DNA from: an uncultured Gammaproteobacteria bacterium
GTDB lineage: Bacteria > Patescibacteriota > Microgenomatia > UBA8517
Direction: 5' to 3'
Assembly: GCA_964627195.1 (NCBI GenBank)
Contig: CAZVJU010000003.1
Location: 14,854 to 78,853, forward strand
Length of the DNA stretch: 64,000 nt
Part shown: piece after piece, positions 1-8,734 of the stretch
Numbering within the stretch: the first letter of the stretch is position 1
How the letters are laid out: each line of letters begins with the position of its first letter
Program-made: the position numbers and the translations under genes
The notes under the pieces: generated by a model
The model's database searches: none
Told to the model about the DNA's origin: nothing
The model's input: only the letters and a program-made list of their open reading frames with translations

Positions 1-2
1 AT

Positions 3-752
3 AGCGATAGCTTAGGAAGAGTTACTGAAACAATAAAAAAACAAAACATTGATGGTATTGAATTCGATATACATGCCACCTCAGATGGAAAAATAATAGT
101 TAGGCATGATTTTGCAATCGAAACAGATTCTGGTTACAAGTGGATAAAAGAACTCTCTTTTAAGAAGTTAAGGAAAAACATAAGTGAAAGTGACTGTCCA
201 ACTCTTGAAGATATAGTTGAAGCAATAGGAAAAACGGACAAAATTGTTGATATCGAAATAAAACAGTCAGATATAGCAAATAGAATTATCAGTAAATACA
301 AAGAAACGACGATTTATAAACAATTCATTTTTACAACTCTATATGAAAACATATACAAAGAAATCATCGAGAGTGATCCAGATATAGCTTGGATGTACGG
401 ATATCCACGCGATAGAGGTAAAAATCTTACTAACCGTTGGTGGGCACAAATAATAGTTAAACCTGCTGTATTTTTAATAAAGCACTCACTTCCTAAGAAG
501 ATATTGGAAATGATGCGGGTTATTCCAACTGATTTTTTTAGCTTTTACAACAAAGTTATCAGCAAGGATTTGGTAGAAAATATTCACGGAAAAAACAAGT
601 TTGCAATAGGTGCAACTATCAGTTTAAATAACGATACCGGATCAGAAAAATCTCTGGAGCATATGACTAGAATGTTAGTCAATGGCATTGATTTGATAAA
701 AACTGACAATCCTGAATGCTATTTAACAGCGTTGAAGAATAGTTTACTCTAA
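3..752 (+). CDS. Glycerophosphodiester phosphodiesterase (GDPD) family protein, 5' end cut by the window edge
   Basis: The open frame runs from the window edge. The translation has GDPD-like blocks: GIEFDIHATSDGKIIVRHD, IVDIEIKQ and C-terminal NGIDLIKTDNPE. The ORF track lists only an internal Met at 393. Confidence 0.6.
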   Translation, partial: SDSLGRVTETIKKQNIDGIEFDIHATSDGKIIVRHDFAIETDSGYKWIKELSFKKLRKNISESDCPTLEDIVEAIGKTDKIVDIEIKQSDIANRIISKYKETTIYKQFIFTTLYENIYKEIIESDPDIAWMYGYPRDRGKNLTNRWWAQIIVKPAVFLIKHSLPKKILEMMRVIPTDFFSFYNKVISKDLVENIHGKNKFAIGATISLNNDTGSEKSLEHMTRMLVNGIDLIKTDNPECYLTALKNSLL

Positions 753-1507
753 TAACGTTTTTCTAACCACTTAAAAATACTATTAATACTTCGTGAATTA
801 AGTTGTTGTTTAAAGTAGTTTAAAGACATATCGTCAGGAAAATGCTTTATGTCTGTATCTACTATTAATAGATCATCAACATTCTTTTTAAATAAAGATG
901 TTACTTCCTTATAAGAAATTTTATTGTCATTTTTGTTCATTATTAAAATATATGGTTTGTTTAACCAATATTCTCCGGAAAAACTAAAAATAATGTTTGC
1001 TGTATCGATAAAGGTTTTGGGATCAATTTCGTTAATTATAACTTCAAGAACCTCCTTATCGGCAAATTTTAAAAATATTCCTAAATAATTCTTTTTCCAA
1101 ATATAATCATAAATATTTAATCTCTTTATAATATTTGTTAATAATTGATAGTAAATTAATTTGTATTTTTTTATTTTAAATACCTTCTTGTTAATAAAAG
1201 GTTCTATTGCAATAACTGATTTGCAACACTCATCAACTTTCATTTTACTTACGACGCAATGACTGAAACTCATACTCCCTAAAATATACTTATCTAGGTT
1301 TATTTTCCTAATTTCCTTTTCCATATATTCTGCATAACCATCGATTGAAATTTGTTTTAGAGGTGTAACTAAGTTTCTGAATCCAGGAAGATCAATAAAA
1401 TATACATTAAAATATTCTGATAAAAAATCTACTAAACCTTTTAAAATAATGCTGTTGGTAGGGAAGGAGTGAGTTATGACCAAATTATACTTTTTCTTCA
1501 TATTCAC
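749..1507 (-). CDS. Alpha/beta-fold hydrolase (putative)
   Basis: 252 aa. It has a nucleophile-elbow-like LGSMSFS and a pattern consistent with an a/b hydrolase. The call is weak. Confidence 0.35.
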   Translation of the reverse strand: MNMKKKYNLVITHSFPTNSIILKGLVDFLSEYFNVYFIDLPGFRNLVTPLKQISIDGYAEYMEKEIRKINLDKYILGSMSFSHCVVSKMKVDECCKSVIAIEPFINKKVFKIKKYKLIYYQLLTNIIKRLNIYDYIWKKNYLGIFLKFADKEVLEVIINEIDPKTFIDTANIIFSFSGEYWLNKPYILIMNKNDNKISYKEVTSLFKKNVDDLLIVDTDIKHFPDDMSLNYFKQQLNSRSINSIFKWLEKRY

Positions 1508-1602
1508 TAATGTTAAAAGTATAAAAAATTACAACAGGTTTTAATAGGAGATAAAATATAAGGTCATACTCCCAGGTGTGTACAGTCACTTCGCAAACGC
1601 GA

Positions 1603-1938
1603 TCAGAGTACTATCGTCTCCTTCACATACTCTTTAACTTTGGATTCAAGATAACTTTTCACTTTTTCCCAATCAATTGCCTCAATCATATCCGGATCGG
1701 GATCTTTGTCGGCATCAAAGAAATAAGAAATGGATTTAAGTAAATGGAGTTTTTGATAATTCACACCTTTAAATTTACTTTCCAGCTTTTTAAAAATGTC
1801 CTCCAAAGAAAATTTCTGAAGAATGAAATAAAGATCAATAAAATCCTTCTTTGATCCGCGCGACGAAATTGCCGTAACTTTCATACAGGCAATATCTAAA
1901 ACCTGTTTTGTTTCTGGGTAAAGGGTTTGCGGATACAT
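1603..1938 (-). CDS. AbiEii-type nucleotidyltransferase-toxin-like C-terminal fragment (hypothetical)
   Basis: 111 aa with a KDFIDLYFIL motif resembling the C-terminal signature of the AbiEii/DUF1814 family. The nucleotidyltransferase N-terminal part is absent. It sits in frame-adjacent position to the upstream ORF with a 1-nt gap. Confidence 0.3.
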   Translation of the reverse strand: MYPQTLYPETKQVLDIACMKVTAISSRGSKKDFIDLYFILQKFSLEDIFKKLESKFKGVNYQKLHLLKSISYFFDADKDPDPDMIEAIDWEKVKSYLESKVKEYVKETIVL

Positions 1939-1939
1939 G

Positions 1940-2191
1940 TCAATTTTTCCTTATCCACTCCATAGTATAGAGCAAAAAAATTTCCTGTTTTAGGTGATAT
2001 TTTTTACTGGTAATCAAAACTTTAACTATTTCTTTCTTACCAAAAGTATCGGTAATCCAGTTTAAAGCATTAAAGTCCACGTATTCCAATACTCTTTCTA
2101 TGATAAAGTTTTCAGATTGAGCCGTAAGGTCAGTTTTTTTTACATCCCAGAGAAGTCTGGACACGAAGGAAGGTATCTTCATCTTATCCAT
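1940..2191 (-). CDS. Small hypothetical protein (DUF6922-like), directly upstream of the AbiEii-like fragment
   Basis: 83 aa with a WDV...IIERVLEYVDF pattern. It is separated from 1603..1938 by a single nucleotide, so a frameshift or pseudogene is possible. Confidence 0.3.
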   Translation of the reverse strand: MDKMKIPSFVSRLLWDVKKTDLTAQSENFIIERVLEYVDFNALNWITDTFGKKEIVKVLITSKKYHLKQEIFLLYTMEWIRKN

Positions 2192-2252
2192 ATTATATCA
2201 TTTCCGAAGCTGATAAAAACTTAGTCTGAATTTAATAATTTTTGGAATTTAC

Positions 2253-2281
2253 TTGACAATATTATTTCGGTAAACTATATT
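2253..2281 (+). promoter_or_regulatory. Sigma70-like promoter (TTGACA-N17-TATATT) driving a roughly 340-nt ORF-poor transcript upstream of the MNT/HepT module
   Basis: TTGACA at 2253-2258, a 17-nt spacer, and TATATT at 2276-2281. Confidence 0.5.
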
Positions 2282-2541
2282 CTCTTATTATTATGTGCAT
2301 ATGCGAAACTTGTAAGAGGGAGGTAAGTATTAGAAAAGATCCTTCTTCCGGTGTGAGGACCCCCATCCTCCATAATCCTCATGGTGAAGGAGGTCAGATT
2401 TCAATAATACACTATGGTATTTTACGAACCATCACTCCATGCAGAGATGCTGGTTACACTTGCAAAGCGCGAGTTGAATTAAACACTCAGTCTCGTCCTC
2501 CTGAAATTCCTTAAAGAAGCAAATTATTTATCAGACCTATG

Positions 2542-2559
2542 TGACCCAAAGTTATTTCA
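2542..2559 (+). repeat. 18-bp direct repeat tgacccaaagttatttca (copy 1), upstream of the MNT/HepT module
   Basis: Identical 18-mer occurs again at 3451..3468. Confidence 0.8.
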
Positions 2560-2630
2560 TTTCGGACTCGCAAATTAGTCAATTTATGGTTGCGATATAA
2601 TTTCAGATGTAATACTTTTTGGTGCTATAA

Positions 2631-3041
2631 TTGGTTTGTATGAAAATCAATAAATTCAAACTGGATGAAATAAGAAAAAGGCACAATCTACTTCTTATTC
2701 TTTTGCATGGATCACACGTCAGCGGGAAAGTTCATGTAAAAAGTGATGTGGATATTGCTATTGTGAGGAAAGATGACAGACAAAAACTAAAGCTCCTTGA
2801 ACTTATAAAAGATTTATCTGCGACACTCGAAACAGATAAAATTGATGTAAGTGATCTAACTCATGCCGATCCTCTTTTTTTATATTCTGTTGTCATAAAG
2901 TCCAAGCTTCTTTCAGGAGAGAAGAATAACTACGACGCACTTTTGAGACTTGCTTTTCATAAATACAGCGACTATCTCCCCTACCTAGAAAAAGAAAGAG
3001 AACTGGTAATAGAAAAAATTAAATCCTATGTCACCAATTGA
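2631..3041 (+). CDS. mntA: Nucleotidyltransferase (MNT-type antitoxin, MntA-like)
   Basis: The GS-x9-DxD minimal nucleotidyltransferase motif is present (LLHGSHVSGKVHVKSDVDIAI). It overlaps the downstream HEPN gene by 14 nt. Confidence 0.75.
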   Translation: MVCMKINKFKLDEIRKRHNLLLILLHGSHVSGKVHVKSDVDIAIVRKDDRQKLKLLELIKDLSATLETDKIDVSDLTHADPLFLYSVVIKSKLLSGEKNNYDALLRLAFHKYSDYLPYLEKERELVIEKIKSYVTN

Positions 3042-3453
3042 CAAACAACTTATTATCAGAAAAGCAAAATTAATAGAAGAGGATCTAAGTAAACTTAAAG
3101 AATTTGAAAATGTCTCTTTAAGCAAATATATTGATTCGCTGGAAATTCGTTTGCAAGTTGAAAGGCTTCTTGAACGAATAGTCGGAAGGATAATAGACAT
3201 TAATTATCATATTTTAAAAGAAGATTTTAATATTATGCCGACTGACTATTATAAATCTTTTACTAGGCTTGCCGAAGAAGAAATTATTGATAAAAAGTTT
3301 GCGGAGGAACTTGCTCAATCAACAGGATTAAGAAACGCTCTTGCTCACGAATATGATGCTATTGATGATAGTCAAGTGCATGCCTCAATTAAAACAACTC
3401 TCTCACAAGTTCCCCAATATCTCGACATAGTTTTAACAAAATACTCCAATTGA
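3028..3453 (+). CDS. hepT: HEPN-domain toxin (HepT/DUF86-like)
   Basis: The Rx4-6H HEPN motif RNALAHEYD is present. It is the small partner of the MNT gene in a typical type VII TA arrangement. Confidence 0.75.
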   Translation: MSPIDKQLIIRKAKLIEEDLSKLKEFENVSLSKYIDSLEIRLQVERLLERIVGRIIDINYHILKEDFNIMPTDYYKSFTRLAEEEIIDKKFAEELAQSTGLRNALAHEYDAIDDSQVHASIKTTLSQVPQYLDIVLTKYSN

Positions 3454-3468
3454 CCCAAAGTTATTTCA
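3451..3468 (+). repeat. 18-bp direct repeat tgacccaaagttatttca (copy 2), starting at the HepT stop codon
   Basis: Identical to 2542..2559. The TGA of the repeat is the HepT stop codon. Confidence 0.8.
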
Positions 3469-3598
3469 CAATGCTTTAGCAACGCCAAGCTTTGCTTACC
3501 GAGTCCAACTCGGCCAAGCTCCGCTTTTGACGCAGTCTTAAACTTGTTTATTTCGAACCGACAGCTTAGTAAATTTGTGGTGTTAATAACAAGTTTGT

Positions 3599-3919
3599 TC
3601 ATTCTTCCGCTTCAAGATTCTCTGTTTCTTTTTCTACTCCTACAATTGATAAATTTTCAGAGCATTCTTCTCCGTTATGGTTAAACATTATATTAACTAT
3701 TCTTACGCTTCCTGCTTTCCATCTTCCTCTGTTTTCTAATACTATTAAAAAATCGGCAGGCGAAATATGAGTGTAACCTCCATTTCCGTCCGGTAAACGA
3801 GTTCCATTTTTGCTTATCGACATTATTAATGATTCACCAGGATTTAAAAACGGTATTAATTTGTTTTTACCTTTACTATCCCATTCGTAATTTACATGTA
3901 GAGAATCCTCTGGGCTCAT
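3599..3919 (-). CDS. Hypothetical protein
   Basis: 106-aa ORF with no recognisable motif. Confidence 0.3.
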   Translation of the reverse strand: MSPEDSLHVNYEWDSKGKNKLIPFLNPGESLIMSISKNGTRLPDGNGGYTHISPADFLIVLENRGRWKAGSVRIVNIMFNHNGEECSENLSIVGVEKETENLEAEE

Positions 3920-4139
3920 AATTACATATTGTACAAATAAATTTGACTAATTAATCAGGAAAAGTGTTAATTCACACCCTAGAATGTACTAAACAGATAC
4001 ATCCGGTTATCACTAAAATCTAATCTTTTCCGGGGTGAGTCCTCTGGGTTCAGGGTGAAACACCTAATCGAGAGCATTTTAAGGACTTACGAACGATTAA
4101 AAGAGCTTGGCTTCATTTACTCCAATGGCAAAATTGTGG

Positions 4140-5321
4140 TTACAGATCTGTCGCGAGTATTGCCTCAGGATGATTATTGAATTGGTGAGTAATGACGAAG
4201 TTTTCCTTAATATTTAGAGACGAACTTCGGCGTTTTAATGTGGAGACATCTTGTGACGACACCGTAAACTTTACTTCAAAAGCAGTACTGCTATCTGCTA
4301 TAAAATCAATTTCACTGGCGCCTTCTTTGTTGTAGTAAGTTAATTTGTATTTATTTCTAAAATTCTGAAATACACTTTGCTCAAATAATTGACCTTGAGA
4401 TGCTTTTCCGAGCACATTTATGATACCTAAATCGCAAAGAAACAATTTCTTACTCCCCGCAGCCTGACGATCAATGCTGGCTGAAAATTTTGGAAGGAGT
4501 GTAATGAAATAAGTTTGTTCAAGAAATGACAGATAATTATAGATTGTTTCTCTGGAAACTGATAAATCACTTGCTAATTTCAGTATTTCAATTCTGGATC
4601 CAACTCTAGGGACAAGCATTAAAATTAAATCTCTTAATTTCGACATATCTTTAAAATCAGCTAAATTCTTAGCATCTTTTTCAAAATACGAAGTAAAGAT
4701 TTCAGAAAGCATTTTACGTTTACGATCCTGATTATCTTCCAATACAACCGAAGGAAAACCTCCAAATTCCATAAATTCATCAAAATAAGGAATGAGTCGT
4801 TCATAAGCTACTTGGTTTTTGTTGTTAGCCATCTCTATAAATGTATCTTTTTGATTTCTGTTAATCTTTTTAAATACCAAAAACTCTGTAAAGTTCAATG
4901 GAAATAGTTCAAAAATCATTTTTCTACCGGCAAGAGATTCAGGAAAAAGATTTCTTAGATAATAACTACTCGAGCCTGTCAGGAAAAACTTAACGTCCCA
5001 GTGGTCATATAGATATTTTACAACTCTGCTTAAATCGGGGAGATTTTGAACTTCATCGATAAAAATATACGCTTTAGACTTATTTGAAATTTCATATTCT
5101 GCCAAATTGTTCCATACTGTATCGTAATTTTCTTCTTCAAAAATTTTACGGTGAATAGGATTCTCCATATCAAGCATCGTTTTATTATTTGAATCAACCA
5201 TACTGTAGAGATGGCGAAGAGCGGTTGTTTTACCCACCTGGCGCATACCTGTTATAACGGTAATTTCCTTCGTTTTGAGTTCAGTTTCCAGTTGTGAAAA
5301 AAGTTGCCTAGGGTATAACAT
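4140..5321 (-). CDS. AAA+ ATPase with DUF4143-type C-terminal region (island-associated ATP-binding protein family)
   Basis: Walker A ITGMRQVGKTT and Walker B FIDEVQ are present. The architecture is typical of the AAA_14+DUF4143 family. Confidence 0.7.
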   Translation of the reverse strand: MLYPRQLFSQLETELKTKEITVITGMRQVGKTTALRHLYSMVDSNNKTMLDMENPIHRKIFEEENYDTVWNNLAEYEISNKSKAYIFIDEVQNLPDLSRVVKYLYDHWDVKFFLTGSSSYYLRNLFPESLAGRKMIFELFPLNFTEFLVFKKINRNQKDTFIEMANNKNQVAYERLIPYFDEFMEFGGFPSVVLEDNQDRKRKMLSEIFTSYFEKDAKNLADFKDMSKLRDLILMLVPRVGSRIEILKLASDLSVSRETIYNYLSFLEQTYFITLLPKFSASIDRQAAGSKKLFLCDLGIINVLGKASQGQLFEQSVFQNFRNKYKLTYYNKEGASEIDFIADSSTAFEVKFTVSSQDVSTLKRRSSSLNIKENFVITHQFNNHPEAILATDL

Positions 5322-5411
5322 ATGTCTGATGATAGCTTACATAGCCGGGGGGTATATGTCAAGTAGTACGAAGATTATCAAGCCTACTGGTATGGAACAC
5401 TTTTAGCCTAA

Positions 5412-5434
5412 TATATCACACAAGGTGTGATATA
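5412..5434. repeat. REP-like palindrome tatatcacac-aag-gtgtgatata
   Basis: Perfect palindrome. It belongs to the TATCAC-N-GTGATA family seen at seven other sites. Confidence 0.6.
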
Positions 5435-5474
5435 GCTTCACACATCCGGTAAATAAGCCGTTTTTGTTGAAGTG

Positions 5475-5547
5475 TGACCCCACTGGGACTCGAACCCAGG
5501 TTTATAGGATGAGAACCTATTGTCCTAGACCACTAGACGATGGGGCC
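5475..5547 (-). tRNA. tRNA-Glu (anticodon CTC)
   Basis: The reverse complement folds as a 73-nt cloverleaf. The acceptor is GGCCCCA/TGGGGTC, the T-arm is CTGGG-TTCGAGT-CCCAG, and the anticodon loop is TTCTCAT. No CCA is encoded. Confidence 0.85.
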
Positions 5548-5667
5548 TTCATTCAAACTTTCTTTTCCAAAGAAAGTTTGGTAAAGCAAAGAAAACACCC
5601 AAAATACTAAGACTATTTTAGCTTAGTTGAAGCTGAAAGACAATTAAACCCTTCGGTGAACTCAGGT

Positions 5668-8172
5668 TTAACTCGCAGCTATGAAGGTAGAACGGGGAAA
5701 AACACGGTCTTTTTTCTTTTCTTCAACAACCGGCCACTTTTTCAGGGCAATCTTAAGTACTTCCTCCAAGCGGGAGACAAATAGAAATTTTATATCTTTC
5801 TGAACGCTTGCGGGTATATCTTCCATATCCTTCTTATTATCCTTGGGAAGAATTATTGTCTTTAACCCGGCTCGGTGACCTGCTATTACTTTTTCTTTTA
5901 CTCCGCCGATTTCAAGCGCACGACCGCGTAAAGTAATCTCGCCTGTCATGCCGACATTTCGTCTGACCGGAATTTTGGTTAAGGCCGATACCAGTGCTGT
6001 CGCCATCGCAATGCCTGCAGACGGACCGTCTTTTGGAACTGCCCCTTCAGGAACATGAATGTGGACATCAATATTGGCGACAAATTCTTCTTTTAGATTA
6101 AGTTCCTGCCAATGAGCTTTGGCCCAGGTAAAGGCCGCCTTGGCCGACTCCTTCATAACTTCCCCAAGTTGACCGGTTAAAGTCAGCTTCCCCTTGCCCG
6201 GCATCAGAGCTACTTCTATAAAAAGAATTTCGCCGCCCGAAGCCGTGACGGCAAGGCCGGTTGACATGCCAACTTCATCAACCTTTTCAGCAATTAGGGA
6301 ACTGAATTTCTGGGGCCCTAAAAATTTTCTTACGTCAGCATTTTTTATTATCATAGGAAACTTTTTCTTCTCTGCGACCAAGCGCGCGATTTTTCGACAA
6401 ACCGTTGCAAGATTTCGTTCCAAATCCCTTACTCCGGCCTCTCGGGTATATCGATTAATAATTTCATTCAAAGCATTTTTGGCCATTTTAATTCCCTTAT
6501 CTTCGAATCCATGAAGCCTAAGTTGTTTTGGCCACAAAAATTCTTCGGCGATTTTATATTTCTCATCCTGGGTATAGCCGGGGAAACGAATTACCTCCAT
6601 TCTGTCCCGAAGCGCGCTTGGAATTTTTTCCAAAACGTTACCGGTGCAAATAAACATCACTTGCGATAGATCAAAGGGAACTTCCAAATAATGATCCGAG
6701 AATTCTCTATTTTGTTCTGGGTCGAGAGCTTCAAGAAGTGCCGATGACGGATCTCCTCGAAAGTCTACTCCCAATTTATCGATCTCATCCAACATAAAAA
6801 TAGGGTTTCTGGAACCAGCATTTTTAATGCCTTGGATTATTCTTCCTGGGAGAGCACCAACATAGGTTCTCCTATGGCCTCGAATTTCCGCTTCATCCCG
6901 AATTCCGCCAAGAGACATCCTAACAAATTTCCTGCCGAGAGCTCTCGCAATTGACTTGCCGATAGAAGTTTTACCGACTCCGGGGGGTCCGATAAAACAA
7001 AGAATCGTAGGTTGGGAATCTTCTTCTTTATCTTTTTCAGTTTCTGATTGAGTTAAATTTTCACCTTGTTTAGATTTTTTTTGCGAGTTTTTTTTATGAC
7101 TCTTTTTAATTTGCATCACCGCAAGATATTCCAATATCCTCTCCTTGGCCTTATTGAGTCCAAAATGATCGTTCTCAAGAATTTCTGCAGCTTTTGAAAT
7201 GGAAACGTTATTAGGGGTAGCCACACTCCAAGGCATGTCGCAAAGCCAATCAAGATAGTTCCTGATGTAACCTCCCTCCGGATTGTGAGGTGAAAGCTGG
7301 TTAAGTCTTTTAAGTTCTTTTTCTGCTTTTTCCCGAACGTCTTTCGGCATACCAACTTCTTTGATTTTTTGTCTGTATTCTTTAAACTCTTCGGTTGATA
7401 AATCTCCTTCTTCACCTTCACCCAACTCTTCTTCGATAGTCCTTTTTTTCTCGCGAAGCATGGCTTTGCGCATTTGATCCTCAAAGCGTTTTTGAGTTTT
7501 TGAAGATATGGTATGTTCGAGCTCAAGCACGTTTACCTCCTGGGAAAGATTCTCCAAAACTTTTTGGAGCCGATCCTTTAAAGAGGTCATCTCCAATAGT
7601 TCCTGTTTTCCCTTCATTTTGGTTTCAAGAAGTGACGCAACTTGGTCCACGAGTTCATTCGGTTCTACCTTCCCGGAAACCAGCTTCATAACGGCCATTA
7701 TTTCGGCTTGCTTACCAAGGTTGATCGATTTTTTGAAAAGATCGGAAATTTTGTTTGCAAGAGCTTGAATTTCCTCGGCTGTTCCTTTCACTACTGTAGG
7801 AACTTCCTCAACTTTCGCAATTAAGTGGGGTTCTGTAGAAGTCATTTCGATTAACCTTATTCTGGCTTGGCCCCTAACTACTGCATGGATTTCACCTTCC
7901 GTAGACATCATTTGGGTTATAGTTGCTATAGTCCCAATTTTAAAAAGGTCTTCAAAATCAGGGTCAGGAATTCGAGCATCTTTCTGGGTAAAAATGCCTA
8001 CCACCCTATCTTCCTGAAAAGCAGTATTTATTGCTTCAACGCTTTTCTTCCTTCCGAAGGAGAGAACTGCGTCCGTGTGGGGAAAAACTACCGATCCGCG
8101 GATAGCGACAATCGGGATCTGCCTATAGATTATAGTTTTTTCAAGTTCAACTTTTGTTACTTCGTCTGCCAT
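5668..8172 (-). CDS. lon: ATP-dependent protease Lon
   Basis: AAA+ Walker A GPPGVGKTS is present, along with the S16 catalytic Ser context DGPSAGIAMATAL. A Lys/Glu-rich low-complexity insert lies before the AAA domain. Confidence 0.95.
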   Translation of the reverse strand: MADEVTKVELEKTIIYRQIPIVAIRGSVVFPHTDAVLSFGRKKSVEAINTAFQEDRVVGIFTQKDARIPDPDFEDLFKIGTIATITQMMSTEGEIHAVVRGQARIRLIEMTSTEPHLIAKVEEVPTVVKGTAEEIQALANKISDLFKKSINLGKQAEIMAVMKLVSGKVEPNELVDQVASLLETKMKGKQELLEMTSLKDRLQKVLENLSQEVNVLELEHTISSKTQKRFEDQMRKAMLREKKRTIEEELGEGEEGDLSTEEFKEYRQKIKEVGMPKDVREKAEKELKRLNQLSPHNPEGGYIRNYLDWLCDMPWSVATPNNVSISKAAEILENDHFGLNKAKERILEYLAVMQIKKSHKKNSQKKSKQGENLTQSETEKDKEEDSQPTILCFIGPPGVGKTSIGKSIARALGRKFVRMSLGGIRDEAEIRGHRRTYVGALPGRIIQGIKNAGSRNPIFMLDEIDKLGVDFRGDPSSALLEALDPEQNREFSDHYLEVPFDLSQVMFICTGNVLEKIPSALRDRMEVIRFPGYTQDEKYKIAEEFLWPKQLRLHGFEDKGIKMAKNALNEIINRYTREAGVRDLERNLATVCRKIARLVAEKKKFPMIIKNADVRKFLGPQKFSSLIAEKVDEVGMSTGLAVTASGGEILFIEVALMPGKGKLTLTGQLGEVMKESAKAAFTWAKAHWQELNLKEEFVANIDVHIHVPEGAVPKDGPSAGIAMATALVSALTKIPVRRNVGMTGEITLRGRALEIGGVKEKVIAGHRAGLKTIILPKDNKKDMEDIPASVQKDIKFLFVSRLEEVLKIALKKWPVVEEKKKDRVFPRSTFIAAS

Positions 8173-8230
8173 GAATTAAATATATTTTAGCAGTCTATCC
8201 TCTTGTTTGCTAAAAGTCAAGAGTCTTTCT

Positions 8231-8734
8231 TCACTTTACTAACTTGAACAAATGAAGTTTGTCGATAATATAGGCCACACATAACCCCAAAATAGCTCCT
8301 GCGAAAATGTCTGTATAAGAGTGAACATTCCCCAAAACTCTCCCTAAACCTACTAAGAATGCGCTTGCCAAAAAGAAAAAGCCAATCTTTTTATCATGCA
8401 ACCACACACTTACAGCCAGCGCGAATGCTGAGGCTGCATGGGATGACGGAAAAGCGGAATCGAAAGGTACCGTCAAGGTCATCGGAATACTCCCGTTAAC
8501 TTCAAAGGGTCGTGAAATCGGAAATAAATTTTTTATCATTTCGGCGATAACCCATGCGAGTAAGGTTGCGAAAAGCGCGTGGAAAGCTTCCTCCCTCTTC
8601 ACTCTCCCATCAAAGAGCCAAAGCCCCAAAAGTCCCGCAAACATGAACCAAATCAAAAAACTCGCTAAAAAAGTTACGGAAATTGACGTCTGACCGGAAA
8701 GAACTGCAGGGTTCATATTAGTCGTGAATAACAA
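8231..8734 (-). CDS. PAP2-family phosphatase (membrane)
   Basis: The PAP2 motifs KNLFPISRP, PSSHAAS and HSYTDIFAG are present in a multi-TM protein. Confidence 0.7.
   Translation of the reverse strand: MLFTTNMNPAVLSGQTSISVTFLASFLIWFMFAGLLGLWLFDGRVKREEAFHALFATLLAWVIAEMIKNLFPISRPFEVNGSIPMTLTVPFDSAFPSSHAASAFALAVSVWLHDKKIGFFFLASAFLVGLGRVLGNVHSYTDIFAGAILGLCVAYIIDKLHLFKLVK

Noticed and set aside
2293-2514. 73-aa ORF MCICETCKRE... as a protein-coding gene
   Set aside because: It has no RBS and an odd Pro/Gly/His-rich composition. It lies within a locally GC-richer promoter-driven segment that looks more like structured RNA. It is kept as a candidate ncRNA finding instead.
2285-2630. Identification of the upstream transcript as RNase P RNA, tmRNA or SRP RNA
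   Set aside because: I could not find the conserved cores by eye: P4 AGGAAAGUCCGG/ACAGAACCCGGC for RNase P, a tRNA-like GGUUCGA.UCC...CCA end for tmRNA, or the SRP domain IV motif.
6194-8190. Multiple plus-strand ORFs inside lon (6194..6514, 7500..7691, 7508..7768, 7642..7824, 7867..8190) and the minus-strand 7116..7526
   Set aside because: They lie entirely antisense to, or out of frame within, a strongly supported lon gene. They are spurious.
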